Origin: Syntrophaceae bacterium UBA4810
GTDB taxonomy: Bacteria; Desulfobacterota; Syntrophia; Syntrophales; Smithellaceae
Assembly: GCA_002402545.1 (NCBI GenBank)
Contig: DHGA01000061.1
Coordinates: forward strand, 1,239-65,238
DNA: 64,000 bases
Reading direction: 5' to 3'
Positions 1 through 9,827 of the stretch are shown here, one piece after another (within the stretch, counting starts at the first letter, position 1; each line of letters begins with the position of its first letter). Position numbers and translations under genes: made by a program. The notes beneath the pieces were generated by a model that saw nothing but the letters and a program-made list of their open reading frames with translations, ran no database searches and was not told where the DNA came from.

Positions 1-632
1 TCAGCAAACTGGTTTGGACTGGTATTATTAAAACATCTTTGTTTATAGTCATTTCCCCCGCAGTGGGTATGGTCTTGGGATTTTTTTTCATGGTCATTTC
101 CATGAATATGAGCCGCAACTCCAATATTGCTAAATCAGACAGAGCTTTCCGTAAATTACAGCTTTTTTCCGCCGCCGCCTATTCGCTTGGTCACGGCATG
201 AACGACGCACAGAAAACAATGGGTATCATTGCTATGCTGTTATTCAGTAAAGGATTTTTAGGACCGGTATTTTACATTCCTTTCTGGATAGTGCTTCTGT
301 GTCACGCATTCATTGCGCTGGGCACAATGTCCGGCGGCTGGCGTATTGTGAAAACAATGGGAACAAGGATAACAAAACTGCAGCCGATCGGGGGGTTCAG
401 TGCGGAAACAGCCGCTGCTGTTTCAATCATCGGCGCTTCTGTTGCGGGTATTCCCGTCAGTACGACTCACACAATTACGGGAGCAATTGTCGGTGTCGGT
501 GCATCTAAAAGAATGTCTGCCGTACGCTGGGGGGTGGCCGGCAATATCATCTGGGCATGGATTCTGACCATTCCTATATCTGCTTTAATTTCTTCATTTG
601 TTTATTTTACGGTAGGGTATTTCGCTGGTTAA
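1..632 (+). CDS. inorganic phosphate transporter, PiT family (C-terminal part; gene begins upstream of window)
   Basis: Reading frame is open to the window edge. GHGMNDAQKTMGII motif and a multi-TM hydrophobic profile. Confidence 0.85.
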   Translation, partial: SKLVWTGIIKTSLFIVISPAVGMVLGFFFMVISMNMSRNSNIAKSDRAFRKLQLFSAAAYSLGHGMNDAQKTMGIIAMLLFSKGFLGPVFYIPFWIVLLCHAFIALGTMSGGWRIVKTMGTRITKLQPIGGFSAETAAAVSIIGASVAGIPVSTTHTITGAIVGVGASKRMSAVRWGVAGNIIWAWILTIPISALISSFVYFTVGYFAG

Positions 633-762
633 TTTAGCCTGACTCGAAAAAAAGCGACAAAATTATCATTGATAAATTGCTTTTTTTGTCTTAAATGGTC
701 TTAACGCTTAGCAAGAATTACAATTTTTATTATAAAAAATTTCGAATTAGGATTTGATTTAT

Positions 763-2028
763 ATGGCGGCAAAAGTATTGCCTTTTACCAAACAACAAAT
801 CGAAAAAATAATCGCAAAATATCCCACGCCTTTTCACCTTTATGATGAAAAAGCCATTAAGGAAAACGCGCGCGCATTTAAACAGGCCTTTTCCTGGAAT
901 GAAGGCTTCAAGGAATTCTTCGCCGTCAAAGCCGCGCCCAATCCTTATCTCATGAAAATTTTGCAAAAGGAAGGTTTCGGCTCTGATTGCAGTTCACTGC
1001 CCGAACTTCTGCTGGCCGAAAAAACCGGCATCACCGGTGAGGAAATCATGTTTTCTTCCAACGACACGCCGGCGGCGGAATTTGTCAAAGCCAGAGAACT
1101 TAACGCCACGATCAACCTGGATGATCTATCGCACATTGCGTTTTTGGAAAAGCACGCTGGTCTTCCGGAACTTATTTGCATGCGCTATAACCCCGGGCCG
1201 CTAAAAAAAGGCAATATCATTATCGGCCATCCGGAAGAGGCAAAATACGGTTTCACGCGCGAACAGCTTTTTGAAGGATATAGAATTTGCAGAGAAAAAG
1301 GAGTGCGCCGTTTCGGCATTCACGCCATGGTCGCCTCCAATGAACTGGATGCCAATTATTTCGTCGAAACTGCTGAAATATTATTTGAACTGGTCGCGGA
1401 AATATCACAAAAGCTGAAAATCCGTTTTGAATTTGTCAATCTCAGCGGCGGCGTGGGCATTCCTTATCTGCCCGAGCAGGAGCGTATCGATCTTGCGGCA
1501 ATGAGCCGCGGTGTAAAGACTAAATATGACGAGATTATTGTCGCCGGCGGTTTCGCGCCGCTTAAAGTATTCACCGAATGCGGCCGCTATATTACAGGCC
1601 CGTACGGATATTTAGTTACTCGAGTTTTGCATATAAAAGATACTTATAAGAAATTCGCCGGGCTCGATGCCAACATGGCCCATTTGATGCGCCCCGCGAT
1701 TTACGGCGCTTATCATCACATCACTGTCGTCGGCAAAGAAGATAAACCTCACAATATCGCCTATGATGTTACCGGCTCGCTTTGCGAAAACAACGACAAA
1801 TTCGCCATCGATCGCCTCTTGCCGGAAATGGAACCCGGGGATATCGTTGTCATTCATGATGCGGGCGCGCACGGCCACGCGATGGGATTTAATTACAACG
1901 GAAAGCTACGTTCCGCGGAATTGCTACTGAGAGATGACGGCAATGTTGTGCAGATAAGACGCGCGGAAACTGTTGATGATTATTTTGCCACGTTGGATCT
2001 TGAAGGGCTTTCCAAATTCAAAGTTTAA
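763..2028 (+). CDS. PLP-dependent Orn/DAP/Arg decarboxylase family (diaminopimelate decarboxylase-like)
   Basis: N-terminal PTPFHLYDE...FAVKA, HIG/ GGG(V)GIPY-type and CE..D motifs typical of fold-III decarboxylases. The ATG at 763 is preferred over the TTG at 754. Confidence 0.75.
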   Translation: MAAKVLPFTKQQIEKIIAKYPTPFHLYDEKAIKENARAFKQAFSWNEGFKEFFAVKAAPNPYLMKILQKEGFGSDCSSLPELLLAEKTGITGEEIMFSSNDTPAAEFVKARELNATINLDDLSHIAFLEKHAGLPELICMRYNPGPLKKGNIIIGHPEEAKYGFTREQLFEGYRICREKGVRRFGIHAMVASNELDANYFVETAEILFELVAEISQKLKIRFEFVNLSGGVGIPYLPEQERIDLAAMSRGVKTKYDEIIVAGGFAPLKVFTECGRYITGPYGYLVTRVLHIKDTYKKFAGLDANMAHLMRPAIYGAYHHITVVGKEDKPHNIAYDVTGSLCENNDKFAIDRLLPEMEPGDIVVIHDAGAHGHAMGFNYNGKLRSAELLLRDDGNVVQIRRAETVDDYFATLDLEGLSKFKV

Positions 2029-2043
2029 AATTTATCTTCACCA

Positions 2044-2514
2044 TTAAGGAAGCTGTGATTTTTTTCCGGTAAGTTTGTCTATCTTCACGCCGACAATCAT
2101 GGTTTTTTGCACTATATTTTCCGGATAGGTATAGTTGCCCCGTCCCGCGTATTTTTCCATAAGCAGGTTGAGCGCCTTTATTTTTTCCGCTTGATCATTC
2201 ACGAAAAAAGCGCGTCCGCAGCCTATAACGCTCGCGTATTTCATGCCCCACGCGCAGGGAGTTTCACCGGCTATAATCTGCGCGTTAATCTCCATTTCAA
2301 AACACACGTTGTTGTTTTCGTTTAAAATTTCAATTTTCTTTCCCTTGGTTGCCGAGTGGAAATAAAGACAATCACCTTCCACGACAAAATTTAGCGGAAT
2401 CAAATAAGGCATACTTCCTTGCGCCATAGCTATACGGCAGATTTGAGCTTGACGCATGATGTCTTGAATTTCTTCTGGATTACTGATTTCTTTTTCCGCA
2501 CGGTTCATCGTCAT
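2044..2514 (-). CDS. pyridoxamine 5'-phosphate oxidase family flavoprotein (NimA-like)
   Basis: 156 aa. The CRIAM...PYLIPLNFV...LYFHSA pattern matches the PNPOx split-barrel family. Confidence 0.65.
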   Translation of the reverse strand: MTMNRAEKEISNPEEIQDIMRQAQICRIAMAQGSMPYLIPLNFVVEGDCLYFHSATKGKKIEILNENNNVCFEMEINAQIIAGETPCAWGMKYASVIGCGRAFFVNDQAEKIKALNLLMEKYAGRGNYTYPENIVQKTMIVGVKIDKLTGKKSQLP

Positions 2515-2625
2515 ATTCTAAAGCATATGACCAAACAAGAAATATTGCAATATCCTAACCGGTTATGCTATTAATTAAGCGCGGTTGCCACAAAAAACGC
2601 GCTTCTTTTTTTCTAAGGATTTTAG

Positions 2626-3954
2626 ATGAAACCAATTCAAAAATCGATCATCAACGATTTTCGACATGGTATTTTCCTTACTCTTCTGGCTCTCTTCGCG
2701 ATCTACTTCTTCTGGCCCCAACTGGAAAGAATTGAATACGGCCTGTATGACCTGGGTTCGCGCCTGCGGGTAAAGCCCGTGGCCTCGCCCGTCAGCGTTA
2801 TCGCGATTGACGAAAGAAGCATTGCCGATTTCGGCCCGTGGCCCTGGCCCCGATCTTACATAGCGTTTATGATTGATATGCTGGACGTTTATGAGGCAAA
2901 AGTTATCGGCCTTGATATTATCTATTCCGGCAAGGACCTTAATCACGGCCTCAAAGAAGTCGTTAATATTATCAAGACCATTGAAAACAATCCCCAGTAT
3001 TCCAAAAAAAATATGAGTACCGTTGTTTTATTGGCGGCGCTCAAAGACGCGGAAGAACGCCTGGATAACGACGCGATTTTAGCCAATTCCGTTGCCGCAA
3101 GCAAAAAAGTGGTTATGCCCCTGCTGTTTCATCTGAAAAAATCGAAGGAAGCTCCTTATAATTTCTATACCGATTACATGACCGCCAATTCACTTTTCCC
3201 CTACCCCTCGGATAAAAGCGTTGTTGCCCGCGATATTACTGTCCCCATAGATCCTTTCGCGAGCGACGCGCTGCGGCTGGGGCATATAAATATTTTCGCG
3301 GATAACGACGGCGCGGTGCGAAGTGAAAACTTTTTTATCAATTATAATGGCAGAATATATCCTTCTCTCGCTCTTCAGCTTGTGTTGGCTTACTTTGATC
3401 TTGATTTAACGGATTTATCTTTCGGAAAGAATCTAACTTTCGCGCACAAATCCATTCCTCTTTTAAACCAGAACAGGATGCTTATTTCTTTTAAAAACGA
3501 GATCCCTTATTATTCGTTTGTAGATGTTATTAATAAAAAAATCCCCGCTGACGCGTTTCGGAATAAAGTTGTCATCATCGCTCCCAGCACGGCAGGCTTG
3601 GGGGAACTGCGTGAAACCGCGACGGCTTATAAAGTTCCCTCGGTAAAAATTATCGCCAACATTATCGATAATATTTTAAGCGACGATTATATAATCCGCC
3701 CGGAATGGGCATTGGCGCTGGAATTGATGATGATTTTTTTATTCGGGCTTTTTATTACGCTTATCATACCGCGCCTCGGAGCATTGATCGGCACCATCAT
3801 AACTCTGGCCGTTTTGGCTATGTGGATTGGCGTGAGCTTGTATCTTTTTGTTAATTACAGTTACTGGATCAAAGCAGTGTATCCCGCTTTCGTTCTTTTG
3901 ATGGGGCACATTATCATCGTGTCCAAAAGATATGAAGTAGCTCCAAAAACGTGA
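2626..3954 (+). CDS. CHASE2 sensor-domain membrane protein lacking any output domain
   Basis: N-terminal TM, VIAIDERSIADFGPWPWPR...VIGLDIIYS CHASE2 signature, and C-terminal TM bundle. The protein stops right after the TMs. Confidence 0.7.
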   Translation: MKPIQKSIINDFRHGIFLTLLALFAIYFFWPQLERIEYGLYDLGSRLRVKPVASPVSVIAIDERSIADFGPWPWPRSYIAFMIDMLDVYEAKVIGLDIIYSGKDLNHGLKEVVNIIKTIENNPQYSKKNMSTVVLLAALKDAEERLDNDAILANSVAASKKVVMPLLFHLKKSKEAPYNFYTDYMTANSLFPYPSDKSVVARDITVPIDPFASDALRLGHINIFADNDGAVRSENFFINYNGRIYPSLALQLVLAYFDLDLTDLSFGKNLTFAHKSIPLLNQNRMLISFKNEIPYYSFVDVINKKIPADAFRNKVVIIAPSTAGLGELRETATAYKVPSVKIIANIIDNILSDDYIIRPEWALALELMMIFLFGLFITLIIPRLGALIGTIITLAVLAMWIGVSLYLFVNYSYWIKAVYPAFVLLMGHIIIVSKRYEVAPKT

Positions 3955-4094
3955 AGGTGGTGAAAACACTTTAATTTACACTGCTGACTTTTTTCTAGCC
4001 CTGGCTATGACACTATGGTAAAGCCGTTACAAACTTGCCTTCGGACAGGAATTTTGCCAGAAAAAAGATGGACAAGGAGTTTTAATTTTTACCC

Positions 4095-4895
4095 GTGAAA
4101 AATGACCGTGCCATAGGCGTTTTCGATTCCGGAGTCGGCGGCCTGACCGTTGTGCGATCCCTCATGGAGCGCCTGCCGTCAGAAAATATCATTTATTTCG
4201 GTGATACCGCGCGCGTACCTTACGGCATAAAATCAGTCGATACGATCAATCGCTACGCCTCCCAAATCACTGAATTTCTTTTAAAAAGAGATGTTAAGCT
4301 GCTGATTGTCGCCTGCAATACGATGGCAGCTGTCGCCTATCAGACAATCAAGGATTTATCCGACGTTCCGGTTTTAGAAGTCATCGAGGCCAGCGCCCAT
4401 AACGCTGTGCGCCAATCGCGCGCGAAGGTTATCGGCGTTATCGGAACGCCGGCTACTATCAACTCGAACGCCTACGCGCGCGCGATCCGTCATTGTGACA
4501 AGACGATTAAAATTTATTCTCAGGCCTGCCCGCTTTTTGTGCCCCTGGTGGAAGAAGGTTTGTTTGAACATGAGGCGACAAATCTTATCGCGCGGGAATA
4601 TTTAAAACCGCTTATGGCCGAAAAAATTGACACGCTTGTGCTGGGATGCACTCACTATCCGTTATTAAAACCGTTGCTTCAGGATATTGCCGGCCCCGAA
4701 GTAACTCTTATCGATTCGGCGCAGGCAATGGCGGATATCGCCGCGGATCTGATCGCGAAACAAAAAATTGCCAATGACGGCAATGATCATCCCGATTACC
4801 TGTTTTGCGTAAGTGACGTTCCGTACCGTTTTCAGGCTATCGGTGAAAAGTTTTTGGGTCGGAAATTTGACCGCGTGGAAGTGGTTAACTTATAA
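4095..4895 (+). CDS. murI: glutamate racemase
   Basis: GVFDSGVGGLTV, ACNT and GCTHYP motifs. GTG start. Confidence 0.9.
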   Translation: MKNDRAIGVFDSGVGGLTVVRSLMERLPSENIIYFGDTARVPYGIKSVDTINRYASQITEFLLKRDVKLLIVACNTMAAVAYQTIKDLSDVPVLEVIEASAHNAVRQSRAKVIGVIGTPATINSNAYARAIRHCDKTIKIYSQACPLFVPLVEEGLFEHEATNLIAREYLKPLMAEKIDTLVLGCTHYPLLKPLLQDIAGPEVTLIDSAQAMADIAADLIAKQKIANDGNDHPDYLFCVSDVPYRFQAIGEKFLGRKFDRVEVVNL

Positions 4896-4938
4896 AAACT
4901 TGATGGAAATTATCTAAAAAAAAGGTAAATGACCTGTC

Positions 4939-6507
4939 ATGAAAATTTTACTTGCCGGCTATAACCTTGATTATGAGCTTATCAGTGAACTCAAACAAAA
5001 AAAATCTCTCGCTGAAGATTTGACACCGGAGACAATCTCCGCCGCTTACGCGCGCATCAGCCGCAGCCCCAAACCTGTTGATGAATTGCGCCAGCTGGCG
5101 CGAGGCGAAGTGGAAAAAGCGCGCCAGTCCAACCGCAACATCGTTTTTGAAATGGGACATAGCTCTGTCGCGGAACACGCTGTTTTTAACATCGATGTGC
5201 TGGGTGTTTCGCGCCTGCTGGTTGAAGAAATTGAGAAATTTCGCCTGTGTTCATTCACGGAAAAATCGCAGCGCTATGTTCTTTTCAATAAAGATTTTGT
5301 CGTGCCGGATGAAATCTGGCGGGCGGGTATGACCAATCTTTTCGTGGAGACAATAGCGGCGCAAAATGACTATTATCATGAACTTTATGAGAAGCTTCGC
5401 CCTTTTGTTTTTGAGCAAAACAAAGCGCTGGCCGAAAACCCGTCCAACAAATCCACGCTGGAAGGCTGGGCTAAAGAAGACGCCCGCTACGCCATTTCTA
5501 TGGCCACACAGACACAGCTGGGCATGACCATTAACGCCCGAAATCTAGAACTGATGCTGAGAAGACTCGGCGCGCTACAACTGGAAGAAGCCAAAGAATA
5601 TGCTAATAAATTATATGTGGCTACAAAAAATGTAGCACCTTCTCTTATTCGTTATACTGATGCAACATCCTATGATCGGCTTACTAGAAAAAATTTATGG
5701 AGACATCCTCTTTCAAGTCAACAGCATTTTCCATTTTTTCTCAGCACCGACTATGACTTGTTTACTAGACAAGGTTTACACGAGCAGGCATCTGCTATTA
5801 TGAATAAATATCCACAACCCAGAAGGAATAAAAAATTGCAAGCCGTACAACTTCTGTCTATCTCGGACGATGCTGATGACCGTATTGTCGCTTCACTTCT
5901 TTATTCTTCATCCCGTGATAATTACATAAATTGCATAAAGCGGGCTAAGCAAATGAACATCAAAGAAAAAAAAGCCTTGTTCAAAACTGCTTTTGAGCAT
6001 CTTGAACCGCATGACTCCGTGCTGCGCGAACTAGAAAATGTTGATCTTCACTTTGAACTCATCGTCAGCTCCACTTGTTTTGCACAATTAAAAAGGCATC
6101 GCATGGCGACAATTATCACGCAGGAATACGACCCCGCACTCGGTGTTACCATTCCTTCTTCTGTGCGCAAAATCGGCCAGCAAAAAAAGTTTATGGATAT
6201 CATCAAACAGACAAACAAAATTTACTCGCAAATCCGCAAGAAAGCGCCCGAAGCCGCGACCTACATTCTTACCAACGCGCACCGCAAAAGAGTATTGATG
6301 AAATTAAACGCGCGCGAGATGTATCATCTGGCGCGTCTGCGCGCCGACGCTCACGCCCAATGGGATATCAGAAACCTTACCGAAAGCATGCTCAAAAAAG
6401 CGAATATAATTATGCCTTTGACGCTTGCGCTGGCCTGCGGAAAAGACTCCTTCGAAAAGCTTTATAAAAAGACTTTCGGCGCTCAAGGCAGGCAGGGCAA
6501 ATCCTAA
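4939..6507 (+). CDS. thyX: FAD-dependent thymidylate synthase, double-length (tandem ThyX domains)
   Basis: 522 aa. The N-terminal half has GHSSVAEH...FTEKSQRY, and the C-terminal half has LKRHRMAT. Confidence 0.7.
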   Translation: MKILLAGYNLDYELISELKQKKSLAEDLTPETISAAYARISRSPKPVDELRQLARGEVEKARQSNRNIVFEMGHSSVAEHAVFNIDVLGVSRLLVEEIEKFRLCSFTEKSQRYVLFNKDFVVPDEIWRAGMTNLFVETIAAQNDYYHELYEKLRPFVFEQNKALAENPSNKSTLEGWAKEDARYAISMATQTQLGMTINARNLELMLRRLGALQLEEAKEYANKLYVATKNVAPSLIRYTDATSYDRLTRKNLWRHPLSSQQHFPFFLSTDYDLFTRQGLHEQASAIMNKYPQPRRNKKLQAVQLLSISDDADDRIVASLLYSSSRDNYINCIKRAKQMNIKEKKALFKTAFEHLEPHDSVLRELENVDLHFELIVSSTCFAQLKRHRMATIITQEYDPALGVTIPSSVRKIGQQKKFMDIIKQTNKIYSQIRKKAPEAATYILTNAHRKRVLMKLNAREMYHLARLRADAHAQWDIRNLTESMLKKANIIMPLTLALACGKDSFEKLYKKTFGAQGRQGKS

Positions 6508-6511
6508 TTTC

Positions 6512-7882
6512 ATGACCGACAAAAACAATTTTTATATTCTGCTCGCCGTCACGTTAAGCGCGTTTCTGACACCATTTATGGGTTCGGCTGTTAATGTCGC
6601 CCTGCCGGTTATCGGCAAAGAATTTTCCATGACCGCGCTGGCCTTGGGCTGGATTGTTTCTTCGTTTATTCTGGCCGCCGCGATCACGCTTGTTCCTTTA
6701 GGCAGAGTATCGGACATTTACGGGCACCGTAAAATATTTCTCTACGGCGCGCTGATTTTTACTATCTCCTCATCTTTGTGCATCTGCGCGCCCGCGTCTT
6801 CTTTGTTAATTTTTTTCCGGACTATTCAAGGCGTTGGCGGAGCGATGATTTTCAGCACGGGAACGGCTCTTTTGATTTCTCACTATCCGGCACAAAAACG
6901 CGGCATGATTTTGGGCATTAATCTGGCCGCGGTTTACAGCGGCTTAACCATTGGCCCTTTTGTGGGCGGACTTTTAACGCAGCATTTCGGCTGGAGATAT
7001 ATTTTTCTTTTTGCCGCATTTTTGGGCGTAATTATTATCTTAACCATCGCTCCCCTGGCGCGGCAGGAACGCCCTGAAGCCCGCGGTGAAAAATTTGATT
7101 ATACAGGATCTCTTATATACGGAGCGGCTTTGTTTTCTATTATGTACGGCTTTTCACTATTGCCTGCGTGGTCTGCCGCTTTTCTTATTTTCGCGGGTAT
7201 CCTGGGACTCATATTCTTTATCCTGCGGCAGCTTAAAATTCCCTTTCCGCTTTTGGATATTCGTCTTTTTATGGAAAATAGGGTTTTTGCCTTTTCCAAT
7301 CTGGCGGCGATGATTCATTATTGCGCCACGTTCGCGGTGACATTTTTGCTGAGCCTTTATTTACAGCAGGTAAAAATGCTTTCACCCGCGCAGACGGGAT
7401 TCATTCTGGTTGCCGAACCGGTTGTCATGGCGCTGTGTTCGCCTTTCGCGGGCAGGCTATCCGATCGTTTCGAACCGCAGATCATTGCTTCTTCCGGAAT
7501 GGCTCTCACCGTTGCCGGTCTTATTTTGCTGATGTTTATCAGTCCTGCTACCACCACCTGCTACATCATCACCTCGCTGATTCTCCTGGGCGTCGGTTTC
7601 GCGTTTTTTTCCTCGCCCAACGTCAATGCCACCATGAGTTCCGTCGGAAATAAATTTTACGGCGTCGCTTCGGCAACTCTGGCCACTATGCGGCTTACCG
7701 GCCAGATGTTTTCCATGGGCATTACCATGCTGGTTTTTGCCGTTATTCTGGGGCAGCACACACTCGGCGCGGCGGATAATTTGCTTCTTTTAAAAAGCGC
7801 GCGTATAATTTATTTTATTCTTGCGGTAGTTTGTGTGTTTGGTATTTTCGCCTCGGCGGCGCGGGGAAAGGTGCATAAATGA
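6512..7882 (+). CDS. MFS transporter (about 14 TM, DHA2/EmrB-like)
   Basis: Hydrophobic repeats and a GRVSDIYGHRK motif-A-like loop. The ATG at 6512 avoids overlapping thyX. Confidence 0.8.
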   Translation: MTDKNNFYILLAVTLSAFLTPFMGSAVNVALPVIGKEFSMTALALGWIVSSFILAAAITLVPLGRVSDIYGHRKIFLYGALIFTISSSLCICAPASSLLIFFRTIQGVGGAMIFSTGTALLISHYPAQKRGMILGINLAAVYSGLTIGPFVGGLLTQHFGWRYIFLFAAFLGVIIILTIAPLARQERPEARGEKFDYTGSLIYGAALFSIMYGFSLLPAWSAAFLIFAGILGLIFFILRQLKIPFPLLDIRLFMENRVFAFSNLAAMIHYCATFAVTFLLSLYLQQVKMLSPAQTGFILVAEPVVMALCSPFAGRLSDRFEPQIIASSGMALTVAGLILLMFISPATTTCYIITSLILLGVGFAFFSSPNVNATMSSVGNKFYGVASATLATMRLTGQMFSMGITMLVFAVILGQHTLGAADNLLLLKSARIIYFILAVVCVFGIFASAARGKVHK

Positions 7883-8646
7883 AACTAAACGTTATCAGCT
7901 TAATCATCGGAATTTGCGCCGGCGCTTTCGGCGGCCTTATCGGCATCGGCGGCGGTTTAATCATGATTCCGCTGATGATGCTGTTTTTGAAATTCGGCCA
8001 ACATAAGGCTCACGGCACGAGTTTAGTCGCCCTTATTTTCACGGGAATCAGCGGCGCGATAATCTACGGCCTGCATGGCTCTGTGGATTACGTGGCTGCT
8101 ATTACGCTGGCCGTGCCCGCGATTTTTACCGCGAGATTAGGGGCAAAATACGCTCATTCTCTAGCGGAATGGAAATTGCGGAAATTATTTGGAATTTTTT
8201 TATTTTTCTGCGCGATGATGTTATTTTTCAAACCTTACATGGGAAACGCGATTGTCATCACATCTCCCGCGTTTATCATCATTATTTTTGTGATTGCCGG
8301 CGCGGCCACCGGATTTCTTTCCGGCATGATGGGTGTGGGCGGCGGAACAATAATGGTTCCGGTAATGGTGCTGCTGGCGGGATTCGGCCAGCACATGGCG
8401 CAGGGCACATCGCTTTTGGTTATGGTTCCGGCGGGTGCCGTGGGTGCTTATACGCACTGGCGGCTCGGAAACGTTAATCATCAAATTCTTTACGGCCTTA
8501 TCGTGGGAATTCTTGCCGGCACATATTTAGGCGGATACCTGGCGCATCTGATCGCGGAAGATATATTAAGGTTGATTTTTGTGACAATAATGATAGTGCT
8601 TAGTTTCCGTTATATTAAAACCGGTTATCCTGAAGAAGTTGAATAA
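7879..8646 (+). CDS. TauE/SafE (DUF81) family anion exporter-like membrane protein
   Basis: Two internal repeats with G-rich TM helices (GIGGGLIMIPLM / GVGGGTIMVPVM). Its start overlaps the upstream stop by 4 nt. Confidence 0.8.
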   Translation: MKLNVISLIIGICAGAFGGLIGIGGGLIMIPLMMLFLKFGQHKAHGTSLVALIFTGISGAIIYGLHGSVDYVAAITLAVPAIFTARLGAKYAHSLAEWKLRKLFGIFLFFCAMMLFFKPYMGNAIVITSPAFIIIIFVIAGAATGFLSGMMGVGGGTIMVPVMVLLAGFGQHMAQGTSLLVMVPAGAVGAYTHWRLGNVNHQILYGLIVGILAGTYLGGYLAHLIAEDILRLIFVTIMIVLSFRYIKTGYPEEVE

Positions 8647-8648
8647 TC

Positions 8649-9143
8649 ATGATTCGCCAATGCACACAAAATGATTTTGAAGAAATTCTGGCCATCATCA
8701 ACGACGCGGCAACTGCCTACATTGGATTCATCCCTGATGACTGCTGGCACGAGCCTTACATGTCTGCCGATTATCTACGCCACGAAATGGATGACGACGT
8801 GAACTTCTGGGGGCTGGAAGAAGAAGGCCGGCTTATTGGTGTAATGGGCATTCAGGACAGAGGCGATGTTACGCTGATTCGCCACGCTTATGTCCGGACA
8901 GCTTCGCGCAATAAAGGAATCGGCTCTCAGCTATTAAATAATTTACAAAACATGGCCGACAAGACCATCCTTATCGGCACCTGGGCTGCCGCCACTTGGG
9001 CGATATCTTTTTACGAGAAAAACGGCTACAGTCTGGTCTCCACTGAAGAAAAAAACCGCCTGCTTAAAAAATACTGGAAGATTCCCGCGCGCCAGGTAGA
9101 AACATCCGTGGTTTTATCTTCAAAAATCAAAACTCTCATCTAA
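8649..9143 (+). CDS. GNAT family N-acetyltransferase
   Basis: RNKGIGSQLL acetyl-CoA-binding motif. 164 aa. Confidence 0.75.
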   Translation: MIRQCTQNDFEEILAIINDAATAYIGFIPDDCWHEPYMSADYLRHEMDDDVNFWGLEEEGRLIGVMGIQDRGDVTLIRHAYVRTASRNKGIGSQLLNNLQNMADKTILIGTWAAATWAISFYEKNGYSLVSTEEKNRLLKKYWKIPARQVETSVVLSSKIKTLI

Positions 9144-9151
9144 AAAAAGTT

Positions 9152-9622
9152 TTAACGGAGAGCTCTTTCGTAGGCGCTTTCGGAATAGCCGTGAATGGCG
9201 CGACCGTTAATGATGGCAAAGGGCACACCGCTTCTTGGGTCAAGCTCCCTTTTTCTGGCCGCGGCCTCGCGGTCTTTTTCCACGTCATATTCGGTAAAAG
9301 GAATATTGCGGGACAGAAAAAAATTGCGCGCTTTCGTGCAGTAGGGGCACCAGCTTGTCGTATAAAGAACAACTTCTTGATTCTTATCCTGAATTGCCTC
9401 TTTTTTATCCGCGGATGTTTTTTCTTTTTCCGGCCTGATGCAAATCTCTTGGGGAGTATCCGCATCTTTGCTCGTCTTTACTTTTTTGCCATACTTCGCG
9501 GGCGGCGGATAATCGGTTATATGGACATTGCCCTGATCATCTTCCCACGTATAGAAATCCGCAACGGCAATTCCCTGCAGGGCAAAAAATATAGCAATAC
9601 AAATAAATAAATGTTTTATCAT
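9152..9622 (-). CDS. secreted DUF4124 / glutaredoxin-fold fusion protein
   Basis: Signal peptide, FYTWEDDQGNVHITD (DUF4124-like), and VVLYTTSWCPYCTKAR glutaredoxin CPYC motif. Confidence 0.7.
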   Translation of the reverse strand: MIKHLFICIAIFFALQGIAVADFYTWEDDQGNVHITDYPPPAKYGKKVKTSKDADTPQEICIRPEKEKTSADKKEAIQDKNQEVVLYTTSWCPYCTKARNFFLSRNIPFTEYDVEKDREAAARKRELDPRSGVPFAIINGRAIHGYSESAYERALR

Positions 9623-9717
9623 CCGTTCCTGTCGCTGATGTTTATGACATTGAGATTATTATATTTTTAGCCCCGGCATTTGTCCAGAACAATATTATTA
9701 CGGCGCAAACAAACAAT

Positions 9718-9746
9718 TTGACAGACAAATATCTTCTTCATATACT
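9718..9746 (+). promoter_or_regulatory. sigma70-type promoter (TTGACA-17-TATACT)
   Basis: Exact -35 and near-consensus -10 with a 17-nt spacer, about 80 nt upstream of the 9828 start. Confidence 0.5.
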
Positions 9747-9827
9747 CTTGCCACAAAAGCCTCCCCCGGCCGGTTAATTTGCTCATAAAAACGCAATTAT
9801 TTTAATAAAATACAGGAGGAAAAAGTA

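Noticed and set aside
6425-6511. N-terminal extension of the MFS ORF overlapping thyX
   Set aside because: The extension is hydrophilic and overlaps the thyX 3' end. The ATG at 6512 gives a normal MFS N-terminus.
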